DNA of 6,807 nt from a virus (Duplodnaviria; Heunggongvirae; Uroviricota; Caudoviricetes): the IMG/VR virus record IMGVR_UViG_2698536620_000002; one strand, given 5' to 3'. The first letter of the stretch is position 1, and each line of letters starts with the position of its first letter. Below are positions 1 to 6,792 of the stretch, in pieces. The notes beneath the pieces were generated by a model. It worked only from the letters and a program-made list of their open reading frames with translations. It was not told where the DNA came from and searched no databases. Made by a program: the position numbers and the translations under genes.

Positions 1-1019
1 TTAATGACAGCGGTGCGGCGCTGGGATATTACGTCAGCGAGGACGGCTATCCTGGCTGGATGCCGCAGAAATGGACATGGATACCCCGTGAGTTACCCGG
101 CGGGCGCGCCTCGTTCATTCACGTTTTTGAACCCGTGGAGGACGGGCAGACCCGCGGTGCAAATGTGTTTTACAGCGTAATGGAGCAGATGAAGATGCTC
201 GACACGCTGCAGAACACGCAGCTGCAGAGCGCCATTGTGAAGGCGATGTATGCCGCCACCATTGAAAGTGAGCTGGATACGCAGTCAGCGATGGATTTTA
301 TTCTGGGCGCGAACAGTAAGGAGCAGCGGGAAAGGCTGACGGGCTGGATTGGTGAAATTGCCGCGTATTACGCCGCAGCACCGGTCCGTCTGGGAGGCGC
401 AAAAGTGCCGCACCTGATGCCGGGGGACTCACTGAACCTGCAGACGGCTCAGGACACGGATAACGGCTACTCCGTGTTTGAGCAGTCACTGTTGCGGTAT
501 ATCGCTGCCGGGCTGGGTGTCTCGTATGAGCAACTTTCCCGGAATTACGCCCAGATGAGCTACTCCACGGCACGGGCCAGTGCGAACGAGTCGTGGGCGT
601 ACTTTATGGGGCGGCGAAAATTCGTCGCATCCCGTCAGGCGAGCCAGATGTTTCTGTGCTGGCTGGAAGAGGCCATCGTTCGCCGCGTGGTGACGTTACC
701 TTCAAAAGCGCGCTTCAGCTTTCAGGAAGCCCGCAGTGCCTGGGGGAACTGCGACTGGATAGGCTCCGGTCGTATGGCCATCGATGGTCTGAAAGAAGTT
801 CAGGAAGCGGTGATGCTGATAGAAGCCGGACTGAGCACCTACGAGAAAGAGTGCGCGAAACGCGGTGACGACTATCAGGAAATTTTTGCCCAGCAGGTCC
901 GTGAAACGATGGAGCGCCGCGCAGCTGGTCTTAAACCGCCCGCCTGGGCGGCTGCGGCATTTGAATCCGGGCTGCGACAATCAACAGAGGAGGAGAAGAG
1001 TGACAGCAGAGCTGCGTAA
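1..1019 (+). CDS. B: Portal protein, 5'-partial: the frame is open from position 3 to the window edge, so the true start lies upstream; stop TAA at 1017-1019
   Basis: The reading frame of ORF 60..1019 continues upstream without a stop to position 3 (NDSGAALGYYVSEDGYPGWMPQKW...). The translation matches the C-terminal ~320 aa of lambda gpB (portal) as I recall it. The M at position 60 in the ORF track is an internal methionine, not the start. Confidence 0.93.
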   Translation, partial: NDSGAALGYYVSEDGYPGWMPQKWTWIPRELPGGRASFIHVFEPVEDGQTRGANVFYSVMEQMKMLDTLQNTQLQSAIVKAMYAATIESELDTQSAMDFILGANSKEQRERLTGWIGEIAAYYAAAPVRLGGAKVPHLMPGDSLNLQTAQDTDNGYSVFEQSLLRYIAAGLGVSYEQLSRNYAQMSYSTARASANESWAYFMGRRKFVASRQASQMFLCWLEEAIVRRVVTLPSKARFSFQEARSAWGNCDWIGSGRMAIDGLKEVQEAVMLIEAGLSTYEKECAKRGDDYQEIFAQQVRETMERRAAGLKPPAWAAAAFESGLRQSTEEEKSDSRAA

Positions 1020-2319
1020 TCTCCCGCATATTGCCAGCATGGCCTTTAATGAGCCGCTGATGCTTGAACCCGCCTATGCGCGGGTTTTCTTTTGTGCGCT
1101 TGCAGGCCAGCTTGGGATCAGCTGCCTGACGGATGCAGTATCCGGCGACAGCCTGACTGCCGGAGAGGCACCCGCGGCGCTGGCGTTATCCGGTGATGAT
1201 GACGGACCACGACAGGCCCGCAGTTATCAGGTAATGAACGGCATCGCCGTGCTGCCGGTGTCCGGCACGCTGGTCAGCCGGACGCGGGCGCTGCAGCCGT
1301 ACTCGGGGATGACCGGTTACAACGGCATTATCGCCCGTCTGCAACAGGCTGCCAGCGACCCGATGGTGGACGGCATTCTGCTCGATATGGACACACCGGG
1401 CGGAATGGTGGCGGGAGCATTTGACTGCGCTGACATCATCGCCCGTGTGCGTGACATAAAGCCGGTATGGGCGCTGGCCAATGACATGAACTGCAGCGCA
1501 GGTCAGCTGCTTGCCAGTGCCGCCTCCCGGCGTCTGGTCACGCAGACCGCCCGGACAGGCTCCATCGGCGTCATGATGGCTCACAGTAATTACGGCGCTG
1601 CACTGGAGAAACAGGGCGTGGAAATCACGCTGATTTACAGCGGCAGCCATAAGGTGGATGGCAACCCCTACAGCCATCTACCGGATGACGTCCGGGAAAC
1701 ACTGCAGTCCCGGATGGATGCAACCCGCCGGATGTTTGCACAGAAGGTGTCGGCATATACCGGCCTGTCCGTGCAGGCTGTGCTGGATACCGAGGCTGCA
1801 GTGTACAGCGGTCAGGAGGCCATTGATGCCGGACTGGCTGATGAACTTGTTAACAGTACCGATGCGATCACCGTCATGCGTGATGCACTGGATGCACGTA
1901 AATCCCGTCTCTCAGGAGGGCGAATGACCAAAGAGACTCAATCAACAACTGTTTCAGCCACTGCTTCGCAGGCTGACGTTACTGGCGTGGTGCAAGCGAC
2001 GGAGGGCGAGAACGCCAGCGCGGCGCAGCCGGACGTGAACGCGCAGATCACCGCAGCGGTTGCGGCAGAAAACAGTCGCATTATGGGGATCCTCAACTGT
2101 GAGGAGGCTCACGGACGCGAAGAACAGGCACGCGTGCTGGCCGAAACCCCCGGTATGACCGTGGAAACGGCCCGCCGTATTCTGGCCGCAGCACCACAGA
2201 GTGCACAGACGCGCAGTGACACTGCGCTGGATCGTCTGATGCAGGGGGCACCGGCACCGCTGGCTGCAGGTAACCCGGCATCTGATGCCGTTAACGATTT
2301 GCTGAACACACCAGTGTAA
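1000..2319 (+). CDS. C: Head maturation protease / minor capsid protein C (ClpP/SppA-like S49 serine peptidase), GTG start, 439 aa
   Basis: GTG at 1000-1002 is preceded by a strong Shine-Dalgarno GAGGAGGA at 987-994 (5 nt spacer). The translation VTAELRNLPHIASMAFNEPLMLEPAYARVFF... matches the lambda gpC N-terminus. Length is 1320 nt = 439 codons plus stop, as in lambda. It overlaps the 3' end of B by 20 nt. The ORF-track start at 865 is an upstream in-frame extension inside B and is not the real start. Confidence 0.92.
   Translation: MTAELRNLPHIASMAFNEPLMLEPAYARVFFCALAGQLGISCLTDAVSGDSLTAGEAPAALALSGDDDGPRQARSYQVMNGIAVLPVSGTLVSRTRALQPYSGMTGYNGIIARLQQAASDPMVDGILLDMDTPGGMVAGAFDCADIIARVRDIKPVWALANDMNCSAGQLLASAASRRLVTQTARTGSIGVMMAHSNYGAALEKQGVEITLIYSGSHKVDGNPYSHLPDDVRETLQSRMDATRRMFAQKVSAYTGLSVQAVLDTEAAVYSGQEAIDAGLADELVNSTDAITVMRDALDARKSRLSGGRMTKETQSTTVSATASQADVTGVVQATEGENASAAQPDVNAQITAAVAAENSRIMGILNCEEAHGREEQARVLAETPGMTVETARRILAAAPQSAQTRSDTALDRLMQGAPAPLAAGNPASDAVNDLLNTPV
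1714..2319 (+). CDS. Nu3: Capsid scaffolding protein Nu3, made from an internal in-frame start within C and sharing the C stop codon
   Basis: An in-frame ATG at 1714-1716 lies 714 nt downstream of the C start, the same offset as in lambda (C 4418, Nu3 5132 in reference coordinates, from memory). The translation MDATRRMFAQKVSAYTGLSVQ... ends at the shared TAA 2317-2319. The nested gene arrangement is established lambda biology; the sequence alone shows only the in-frame ATG. Confidence 0.8.
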   Translation: MDATRRMFAQKVSAYTGLSVQAVLDTEAAVYSGQEAIDAGLADELVNSTDAITVMRDALDARKSRLSGGRMTKETQSTTVSATASQADVTGVVQATEGENASAAQPDVNAQITAAVAAENSRIMGILNCEEAHGREEQARVLAETPGMTVETARRILAAAPQSAQTRSDTALDRLMQGAPAPLAAGNPASDAVNDLLNTPV

Positions 2320-2328
2320 GGGATGTTT

Positions 2329-2661
2329 ATGACGAGCAAAGAAACCTTTACCCATTACCAGCCGCTGGGCAATAGTGACCCGGCTCATACCGCAACCGCG
2401 CCCGGCGGATTGAGTGCGAAAGCGCCTGCAATGACCCCGCTGATGCTGGACACCTCCACCCGTAAGCTGGTTGCGTGGGATGGCACCACCGACGGTGCTG
2501 CCGTTGGCATTCTTGCGGTTGCTGCTGACCAGACCAGCACCACACTGACGTTCTACAAGTCCGGCACGTTCCGTTATGAGGATGTGCTCTGGCCGGAGGC
2601 TGCCAGCGACGAGACGAAAAAACGGACCGTGTTTGCCGGAACGGCAATCAGCATCGTTTAA
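2329..2661 (+). CDS. D: Head decoration protein D, 110 aa
   Basis: ATG at 2329 is preceded by AAGGGA at 2318-2323 (about 5-6 nt spacer). The translation [12 protein letters not shown]...FAGTAISIV matches lambda gpD in length and nearly all residues. The ORF-track start at 2323 (MFMTSKE) has no spacer after the Shine-Dalgarno and is rejected. Confidence 0.93.
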   Translation: MTSKETFTHYQPLGNSDPAHTATAPGGLSAKAPAMTPLMLDTSTRKLVAWDGTTDGAAVGILAVAADQTSTTLTFYKSGTFRYEDVLWPEAASDETKKRTVFAGTAISIV

Positions 2662-2681
2662 CTTTACCCTTCATCACTAAA

Positions 2682-2716
2682 GGCCGCCTGTGTGGCTTTT
2701 TTTACGGGATTTTTTT
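2682..2716 (+). promoter_or_regulatory. Short hairpin plus two T7 runs immediately upstream of the E start codon; candidate U-rich translational enhancer or attenuator-like element
   Basis: GGCC-GCCTGTGT-GGC (weak 3-4 bp stem) followed by TTTTTTT ACGGGA TTTTTTT ATG. The E gene has only a weak Shine-Dalgarno (GGGA), yet E is the most abundant head protein. Confidence 0.25.
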
Positions 2717-3742
2717 ATGTCGATGTACACAACCGCCCAGCTGCTGGCGGCAAATGAGCAGAAATTTAAGTTTGATCCGCTGTTTCTGCGTCTCTTTTTC
2801 CGTGAGAGCTATCCCTTCACCACGGAGAAAGTCTATCTCTCACAAATTCCGGGACTGGTAAACATGGCGCTGTACGTTTCGCCGATTGTTTCCGGTGAGG
2901 TTATCCGTTCCCGTGGCGGCTCCACCTCTGAATTTACGCCGGGATATGTCAAACCCAAGCATGAGGTGAATCCGCAGATGACCCTGCGTCGCCTGCCGGA
3001 TGAAGATCCGCAGAATCTGGCGGACCCGGCTTACCGCCGCCGTCGCATCATCATGCAGAACATGCGTGACGAAGAGCTGGCCATTGCTCAGGTCGAAGAG
3101 ATGCAGGCAGTTTCTGCCGTGCTCAAGGGCAAATACACCATGACCGGTGAAGCCTTCGATCCGGTTGAGGTGGATATGGGCCGCAGTGCGGCGAACAACA
3201 TCACGCAGTCCGGCGGTACGGAGTGGAGCAAGCGTGACAAGTCCACGTATGACCCGACCGACGATATCGAAGCCTACGCGCTGAACGCCAGCGGTGTGGT
3301 GAATATCATCGTGTTTGACCCGAAAGGCTGGGCGCTGTTCCGTTCCTTCAAAGCCGTCAAGGAGAAGCTGGATACCCGTCGCGGCTCTCATTCCGAGCTG
3401 GAGACAGCGGTAAAAGACCTGGGCAAAGCGGTGTCCTATAAGGGAATGTATGGCGATGTGGCCATCGTCGTGTATTCCGGACAGTACGTGGAAAACGGCG
3501 TCAAAAAGAACTTCCTGCCGGACAACACGATGGTGCTGGGGAACACTCAGGCTCGCGGTCTGCGCACCTATGGCTGCATTCAGGATGCGGACGCACAGCG
3601 CGAAGGCATTAACGCTTCTGCCCGTTACCCGAAAAACTGGGTGACCACCGGCGATCCGGCGCGTGAGTTCACCATGATTCAGTCAGCACCGCTGATGCTG
3701 CTGGCTGATCCTGATGAGTTCGTGTCCGTTCAACTGGCGTAA
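2717..3742 (+). CDS. E: Major capsid protein E (HK97-fold), 341 aa
   Basis: The translation MSMYTTAQLLAANEQKFKFDPLFLRLFFRESYPF...DEFVSVQLA matches lambda gpE. Length is 1026 nt = 341 codons plus stop. The D-E spacer is 55 nt, as in lambda. The ORF-track start at 2690 is an upstream in-frame extension. Confidence 0.95.
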   Translation: MSMYTTAQLLAANEQKFKFDPLFLRLFFRESYPFTTEKVYLSQIPGLVNMALYVSPIVSGEVIRSRGGSTSEFTPGYVKPKHEVNPQMTLRRLPDEDPQNLADPAYRRRRIIMQNMRDEELAIAQVEEMQAVSAVLKGKYTMTGEAFDPVEVDMGRSAANNITQSGGTEWSKRDKSTYDPTDDIEAYALNASGVVNIIVFDPKGWALFRSFKAVKEKLDTRRGSHSELETAVKDLGKAVSYKGMYGDVAIVVYSGQYVENGVKKNFLPDNTMVLGNTQARGLRTYGCIQDADAQREGINASARYPKNWVTTGDPAREFTMIQSAPLMLLADPDEFVSVQLA

Positions 3743-3744
3743 TC

Positions 3745-3771
3745 ATGGCCCTTCGGGGCCATTTTCTCTCT
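3745..3771 (+). terminator. Perfect 7-bp GC-rich stem-loop with UUCG tetraloop followed by a U/C-rich tract, in the E-FI spacer; candidate RNA-stabilising hairpin or weak intrinsic terminator
   Basis: ATGGCCC (3745-3751), TTCG (3752-3755), GGGCCAT (3756-3762), then TTTTCTCTCT. The arms are perfectly complementary. It lies immediately after the E stop (3740-3742) and before the FI Shine-Dalgarno. Confidence 0.4.
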
Positions 3772-3783
3772 GTGGAGGAGTTC

Positions 3784-4182
3784 ATGACGAAAGATGAACT
3801 GATTGCCCGTCTTCAGGAGCTGGGTGAGCAATTGAACCGCGATGTCAGTTTGACGGGAACGAAAGAAGAACTGGCGCTTCGTGTGGCAGAGCTGGAAGAA
3901 GAGCTTGATGACACGGATGAAACTGCCGGTCAGGACACCCCTCTCAGCCGGGAAAATGTGCTGACCGGGCATGAAAATGAGGTGGTATCAGCGCAGCCGG
4001 ATACCGTGATTCAGGATACGGCTGAACTGGTCACGGTCGTGGCACTGGTGACGCTGCATACTGATGCACTTCACGCCACGCGGGATAAACCTGTGGCATT
4101 TGTGCTGCCGGGAACGGCGTTTCGTGTCTCTGCCGGTGTGGCAGCCGAAATGACAGAGCGCGGCCTGGCCAGAATGCAATAA
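3784..4182 (+). CDS. FI: DNA packaging / head assembly protein FI, 132 aa
   Basis: ATG at 3784 is preceded by GGAGGA at 3774-3779. The translation MTKDELIARLQELGEQLNRDVSLTGTKEELALRVAELEEELDD...GLARMQ matches lambda gpFI. The ORF-track start at 3745 runs through the E-FI hairpin and is rejected. Confidence 0.92.
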   Translation: MTKDELIARLQELGEQLNRDVSLTGTKEELALRVAELEEELDDTDETAGQDTPLSRENVLTGHENEVVSAQPDTVIQDTAELVTVVALVTLHTDALHATRDKPVAFVLPGTAFRVSAGVAAEMTERGLARMQ

Positions 4183-4193
4183 CGGGAGGCGCT

Positions 4194-4547
4194 GTGGCTG
4201 ATTTCGATAACCTGTTCGATGCTGCCATTGCCCGCGCCGATGAAACGATACGCGGGTACATGGGAACGTCAGCCACCATGACATCCGGTGAGCAGTCAGG
4301 TGCGGTGATACGTGGTGTTTTTGATGACCCTGAAAATATCAGCTATGCCGGACAGGGCGTGCGCGTTGAAGGCTCCAGCCCGTCCCTGTTTGTCCGGACT
4401 GATGAGGTGCGGCAGCTGCGGCGTGGAGACACGCTGACCATCGGTGAGGAAAATTTCTGGGTAGATCGGGTTTCGCCGGNNNNNNNNNNNNNNNNNNNNN
4501 NNNNNNNNNNNNNNNNNNNNNNNNNNNNNNNNNNNNNNNNNNNNNNN
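4194..4547 (+). CDS. FII: Head-tail joining (head completion) protein FII. Only 4194-4479 (95 codons) is readable; the 3' end is masked by N, and end 4547 is inferred from a 117-aa homologue length
   Basis: GTG at 4194 is preceded by GGGAGG at 4184-4189. The translation MADFDNLFDAAIARADETIRGYMGTSATMTSGEQSGAVIRGVFDDPENISYAGQGVRVEGSSPSLFVRTDEVRQLRRGDTLTIGEENFWVDRVSP matches lambda gpFII residues 1-95. The stop codon is not visible. Confidence 0.85.
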
Positions 4548-4580
4548 NNNNNNNNNNNNNNNNNNNNNNNNNNNNNNNNN

Positions 4581-5159
4581 NNNNNNNNNNNNNNNNNNNN
4601 NNNNNNNNNNNNNNNNNNNNNNNNNNNNNNNNNNNNNNNNNNNNNNNNNNNNNNNNNNNNNNNNNNNNNNNNNNNNNNNNNNNNNNNNNNNNNNNNNNNN
4701 NNNNNNNNNNNNNNNNNNNNNNNNNNNNNNNNNNNNNNNNTGGTAAAGGAAAGGGCCAGGCTGAAAAGGGCCACGGTCAAAAATCCGCAGGCCAGAATCA
4801 AAGTTAACCGGGGGGATTTGCCCGTAATCAAGCTGGGTAATGCGCGGGTTGTCCTGTCCCGCCGCAGGCGTCATAAAAAGGGGCAGCGTTCATCCCTGAA
4901 AGGTGGCGGCAGCGTGCTTGTGGTGGGTAACCGTCGTATTCCCGGCGCGTTTATTCAGCAACTGAAAAACGGCCGGTGGCATGTTATGCAGCGTGTGGCC
5001 GGGAAAAACCGTTACCCCATTGATGTGGTGAAAATCCCGATGGCGGTGCCGCTGACCACGGCGTTTAAACAGAATATTGAACGGATACGGCGTGAACGTC
5101 TTCCGAAAGAGCTGGGCTATGCGCTGCAGCATCAACTGAGAATGGTAATAAAGCGATGA
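4581..5159 (+). CDS. Z: Tail completion protein Z. The 5' end is masked by N; the readable part is 4743-5159 (C-terminal 138 aa), and start 4581 is inferred from a 192-aa homologue length
   Basis: The post-gap translation VKERARLKRATVKNPQARIKVNRGDLPVIKLGNARVVLSRRRR...LGYALQHQLRMVIKR matches the lambda gpZ C-terminus. Stop TGA is at 5157-5159. The single ORF 4194..5159 in the track is an artefact of N-translation joining FII and Z. Confidence 0.85.
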   Translation, partial: XXXXXXXXXXXXXXXXXXXXXXXXXXXXXXXXXXXXXXXXXXXXXXXXXXXXXXVKERARLKRATVKNPQARIKVNRGDLPVIKLGNARVVLSRRRRHKKGQRSSLKGGGSVLVVGNRRIPGAFIQQLKNGRWHVMQRVAGKNRYPIDVVKIPMAVPLTTAFKQNIERIRRERLPKELGYALQHQLRMVIKR

Positions 5160-5551
5160 AACATACTGAACTCCGTGCAGCCGTACTGGATGCACTGGAG
5201 AAGCATGACACCGGGGCGACGCTTTTTGATGGTCGCCCCGCTGTTTTTGATGAGGAAGATTTTCCGGCAATTGCCGTTTATCTCACCGGCGCTGAATACA
5301 CGGGCGAAGAGCTGGACAGCGATACCTGGCAGGCGGAGCTGCATATTGAAGTTTTCCTGCCTGCTCAGGTGCCGGATTCAGAGCTGGATTCGTGGATGGA
5401 GTCCCNNNNNNNNNNNNNNNNNNNNNNNNNNNNNNNNNNNNNNNNNNNNNNNNNNNNNNNNNNNNNNNNNNNNNNNNNNNNNNNNNNNNNNNNNNNNNNN
5501 NNNNNNNNNNNNNNNNNNNNNNNNNNNNNNNNNNNNNNNNNNNNNNNNNNN
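5156..5551 (+). CDS. U: Tail terminator protein U. Readable 5156-5405 (83 codons); the 3' end is masked, and end 5551 is inferred from a 131-aa homologue length
   Basis: ATG at 5156-5158 overlaps the Z stop as ATGA (5156-5159), the classic lambda Z/U coupling. The translation MKHTELRAAVLDALEKHDTGATLFDGRPAVFDEEDFPAIAVYLTGAEYTGEELDSDTWQAELHIEVFLPAQVPDSELDSWMES matches lambda gpU. Confidence 0.88.
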
Positions 5552-5613
5552 NNNNNNNNNNNNNNNNNNNNNNNNNNNNNNNNNNNNNNNNNNNNNNNNN
5601 NNNNNNNNNNNNN

Positions 5614-6354
5614 NNNNNNNNNNNNNNNNNNNNNNNNNNNNNNNNNNNNNNNNNNNNNNNNNNNNNNNNNNNNNNNNNNNNNNNNNNNNNNNNNNNNNNN
5701 NNNNNNNNNNNCGTTGACTGGTCGCGTCTGGCAAAAGTTAAAGACCTGACGCCCGGCGAACTGACCGCTGAGTCCTATGACGACAGCTATCTCGATGATG
5801 AAGATGCAGACTGGACTGCGACCGGGCAGGGGCAGAAATCTGCCGGAGATACCAGCTTCACGCTGGCGTGGATGCCCGGAGAGCAGGGGCAGCAGGCGCT
5901 GCTGGCGTGGTTTAATGAAGGTGATACCCGTGCCTATAAAATCCGCTTCCCGAACGGCACGGTCGATGTGTTCCGTGGCTGGGTCAGCAGTATCGGTAAG
6001 GCGGTGACGGCGAAGGAGGTGATTACCCGCACGGTGAAGGTCACCAATGTGGGACGTCCGTCGATGGCAGAAGATCGCAGCACGGTGACGGCGACGACCG
6101 GCATGACGGTGACACCCGCCAGTGCTTCCGTAGTGAAAGGGCAGAGCACCACGCTGACCGTGGCATTCCAGCCGGATGGCGCAACCGACAAGAGCTTCCG
6201 TGCGGTGTCTGCGGATAAAACAAAAGCCACCGTGTCGGTCAGTGGTATGACCATCACCGTGAAAGGTGTTGCTGCAGGCAAGGTCAACATTCCGGTCGTA
6301 TCTGGTAATGGTGAGTTTGCTGCGGTTGCAGAAATCAACGTCACCGCCAGTTAA
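5614..6354 (+). CDS. V: Major tail tube protein V with C-terminal Ig-like (Big_2-type) domain. The 5' end is masked; readable 5713-6354, and start 5614 is inferred from a 246-aa homologue length
   Basis: The post-gap translation [117 protein letters not shown]...VTAS matches lambda gpV. Stop TAA is at 6352-6354. Confidence 0.9.
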   Translation, partial: XXXXXXXXXXXXXXXXXXXXXXXXXXXXXXXXXVDWSRLAKVKDLTPGELTAESYDDSYLDDEDADWTATGQGQKSAGDTSFTLAWMPGEQGQQALLAWFNEGDTRAYKIRFPNGTVDVFRGWVSSIGKAVTAKEVITRTVKVTNVGRPSMAEDRSTVTATTGMTVTPASASVVKGQSTTLTVAFQPDGATDKSFRAVSADKTKATVSVSGMTITVKGVAAGKVNIPVVSGNGEFAAVAEINVTAS

Positions 6355-6369
6355 TCCGGAGAGTCAGCG

Positions 6370-6792
6370 ATGTTCCTGAAAACCGAATCATTTGAACATA
6401 ACGGTGTGACCGTCACGCTTTCTGAACTGTCAGCCCTGCAGCGTATTGAGCATCTCGACCTGATGAAACGGCAGGCAGAACAGGCGGAGTCAGACAGCAA
6501 CCGGAAGTTTACTGTGGAAGACGCCATCAGAACCGGCGCTTTTGTGGTTGCGATGTCCCTGTGGCATAACCATCCGAAGAAGACGCAGATGCCGTCCATG
6601 AATGAAGCCGTTAAACAGATTGAGCAGGAAGTGCTTACCACCTGGCCCACAGAGGCAATTTCTCATGCTGAAAACGTGGTGTACCGGCTGTCCGGTATGT
6701 ATGAGTTTGTGGTGAATGATGCTCCTGAACAGGCAGAGGACGCCGGGCCTGCAGAGCCTGTTTCTGCGGGAAAGTGTTCGACGGTGAGCTGA
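6370..6792 (+). CDS. G: Tail assembly chaperone G, 140 aa
   Basis: ATG at 6370 is preceded by GGAGAG at 6357-6362 (7 nt spacer). The translation MFLKTESFEHNGVTVTLSELSALQRIEHLDLMKRQAEQAESD...PVSAGKCSTVS matches lambda gpG. Stop TGA is at 6790-6792. Confidence 0.93.
   Translation: MFLKTESFEHNGVTVTLSELSALQRIEHLDLMKRQAEQAESDSNRKFTVEDAIRTGAFVVAMSLWHNHPKKTQMPSMNEAVKQIEQEVLTTWPTEAISHAENVVYRLSGMYEFVVNDAPEQAEDAGPAEPVSAGKCSTVS

Noticed and set aside
298-980. Minus-strand ORFs 298..573 and 702..980, and plus-strand alternative-frame ORF 593..868, inside the portal gene
   Set aside because: They lie entirely within the well-supported B coding frame. The translations are Arg/Ser/Pro-rich and low-complexity, as expected for off-frame reading of GC-rich coding DNA, and they have no ribosome binding sites.
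865-999. ORF-track start of C at ATG 865 (484 aa version)
   Set aside because: The homologous protein begins at GTG 1000, which has a strong Shine-Dalgarno. The 865 ATG is inside the B gene in another frame and the extension (MTTIRKFLPSRSVKRW...) looks like an off-frame translation.
2323-2328. Alternative D start at ATG 2323 (MFMTSKE)
   Set aside because: It immediately abuts the Shine-Dalgarno AAGGGA with no spacer. ATG 2329 has proper spacing and gives the 110-aa homologue length.
1186-2388. Minus-strand ORFs 1186..1677, 1954..2388, 2093..2281, 2109..2339 and plus-strand 1658..1927 overlapping C/Nu3
   Set aside because: These are antisense or off-frame ORFs inside a conserved protease/scaffold gene. 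They are Cys/His/Arg-rich with no start context, typical spurious ORFs in high-GC sequence.
2348-2647. Minus-strand ORF 2348..2647 antisense to D
   Set aside because: It fully overlaps the D coding sequence on the opposite strand with an Arg/Cys/Trp-rich translation and no support.
2690-2716. Upstream in-frame ATG 2690 extending E by 9 codons (MWLFLRDFF)
   Set aside because: It lies within the T-rich leader and hairpin. The homologue starts MSMYTT at 2717.
2840-3644. Minus-strand ORF 2840..3391 (183 aa) and plus-strand 3450..3644 inside E
   Set aside because: They are embedded in the major capsid gene, which has a full-length uninterrupted match to gpE; these are off-frame artefacts.
3730-4284. 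ORFs 3730..3972 (-), 3988..4284 (-), 4031..4279 (-) and the 3745 ATG extension of FI
   Set aside because: The first three are antisense to FI/FII. The 3745 ATG is the 5' arm of the E-FI hairpin and precedes the FI Shine-Dalgarno, so FI starts at 3784.
4890-5344. Minus-strand ORFs 4890..5270 and 5132..5344 across the Z/U junction
   Set aside because: They are antisense to the ATGA-coupled Z/U genes, His/Arg/Cys-rich, with no ribosome binding site.
4296-5749. ORFs running through the N blocks (4296..4874 -, 4343..4831 -, 5175..5717 +, 5378..5734 -, and the long fused 4194..5159 and 5392..6354 ORFs)
   Set aside because: Their length is produced by translating N as X without stops. The fused ORFs are really FII+Z and a masked region plus V, and the others have no readable support.
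5777-6650. ORFs 5777..6007 (+), 5934..6344 (-), 6041..6223 (-), 6351..6650 (-) overlapping V and G
   Set aside because: They are off-frame or antisense within V and G, both of which have full homologue matches. An antitoxin- or moron-like gene antisense here would be unusual and nothing in the sequence supports it.
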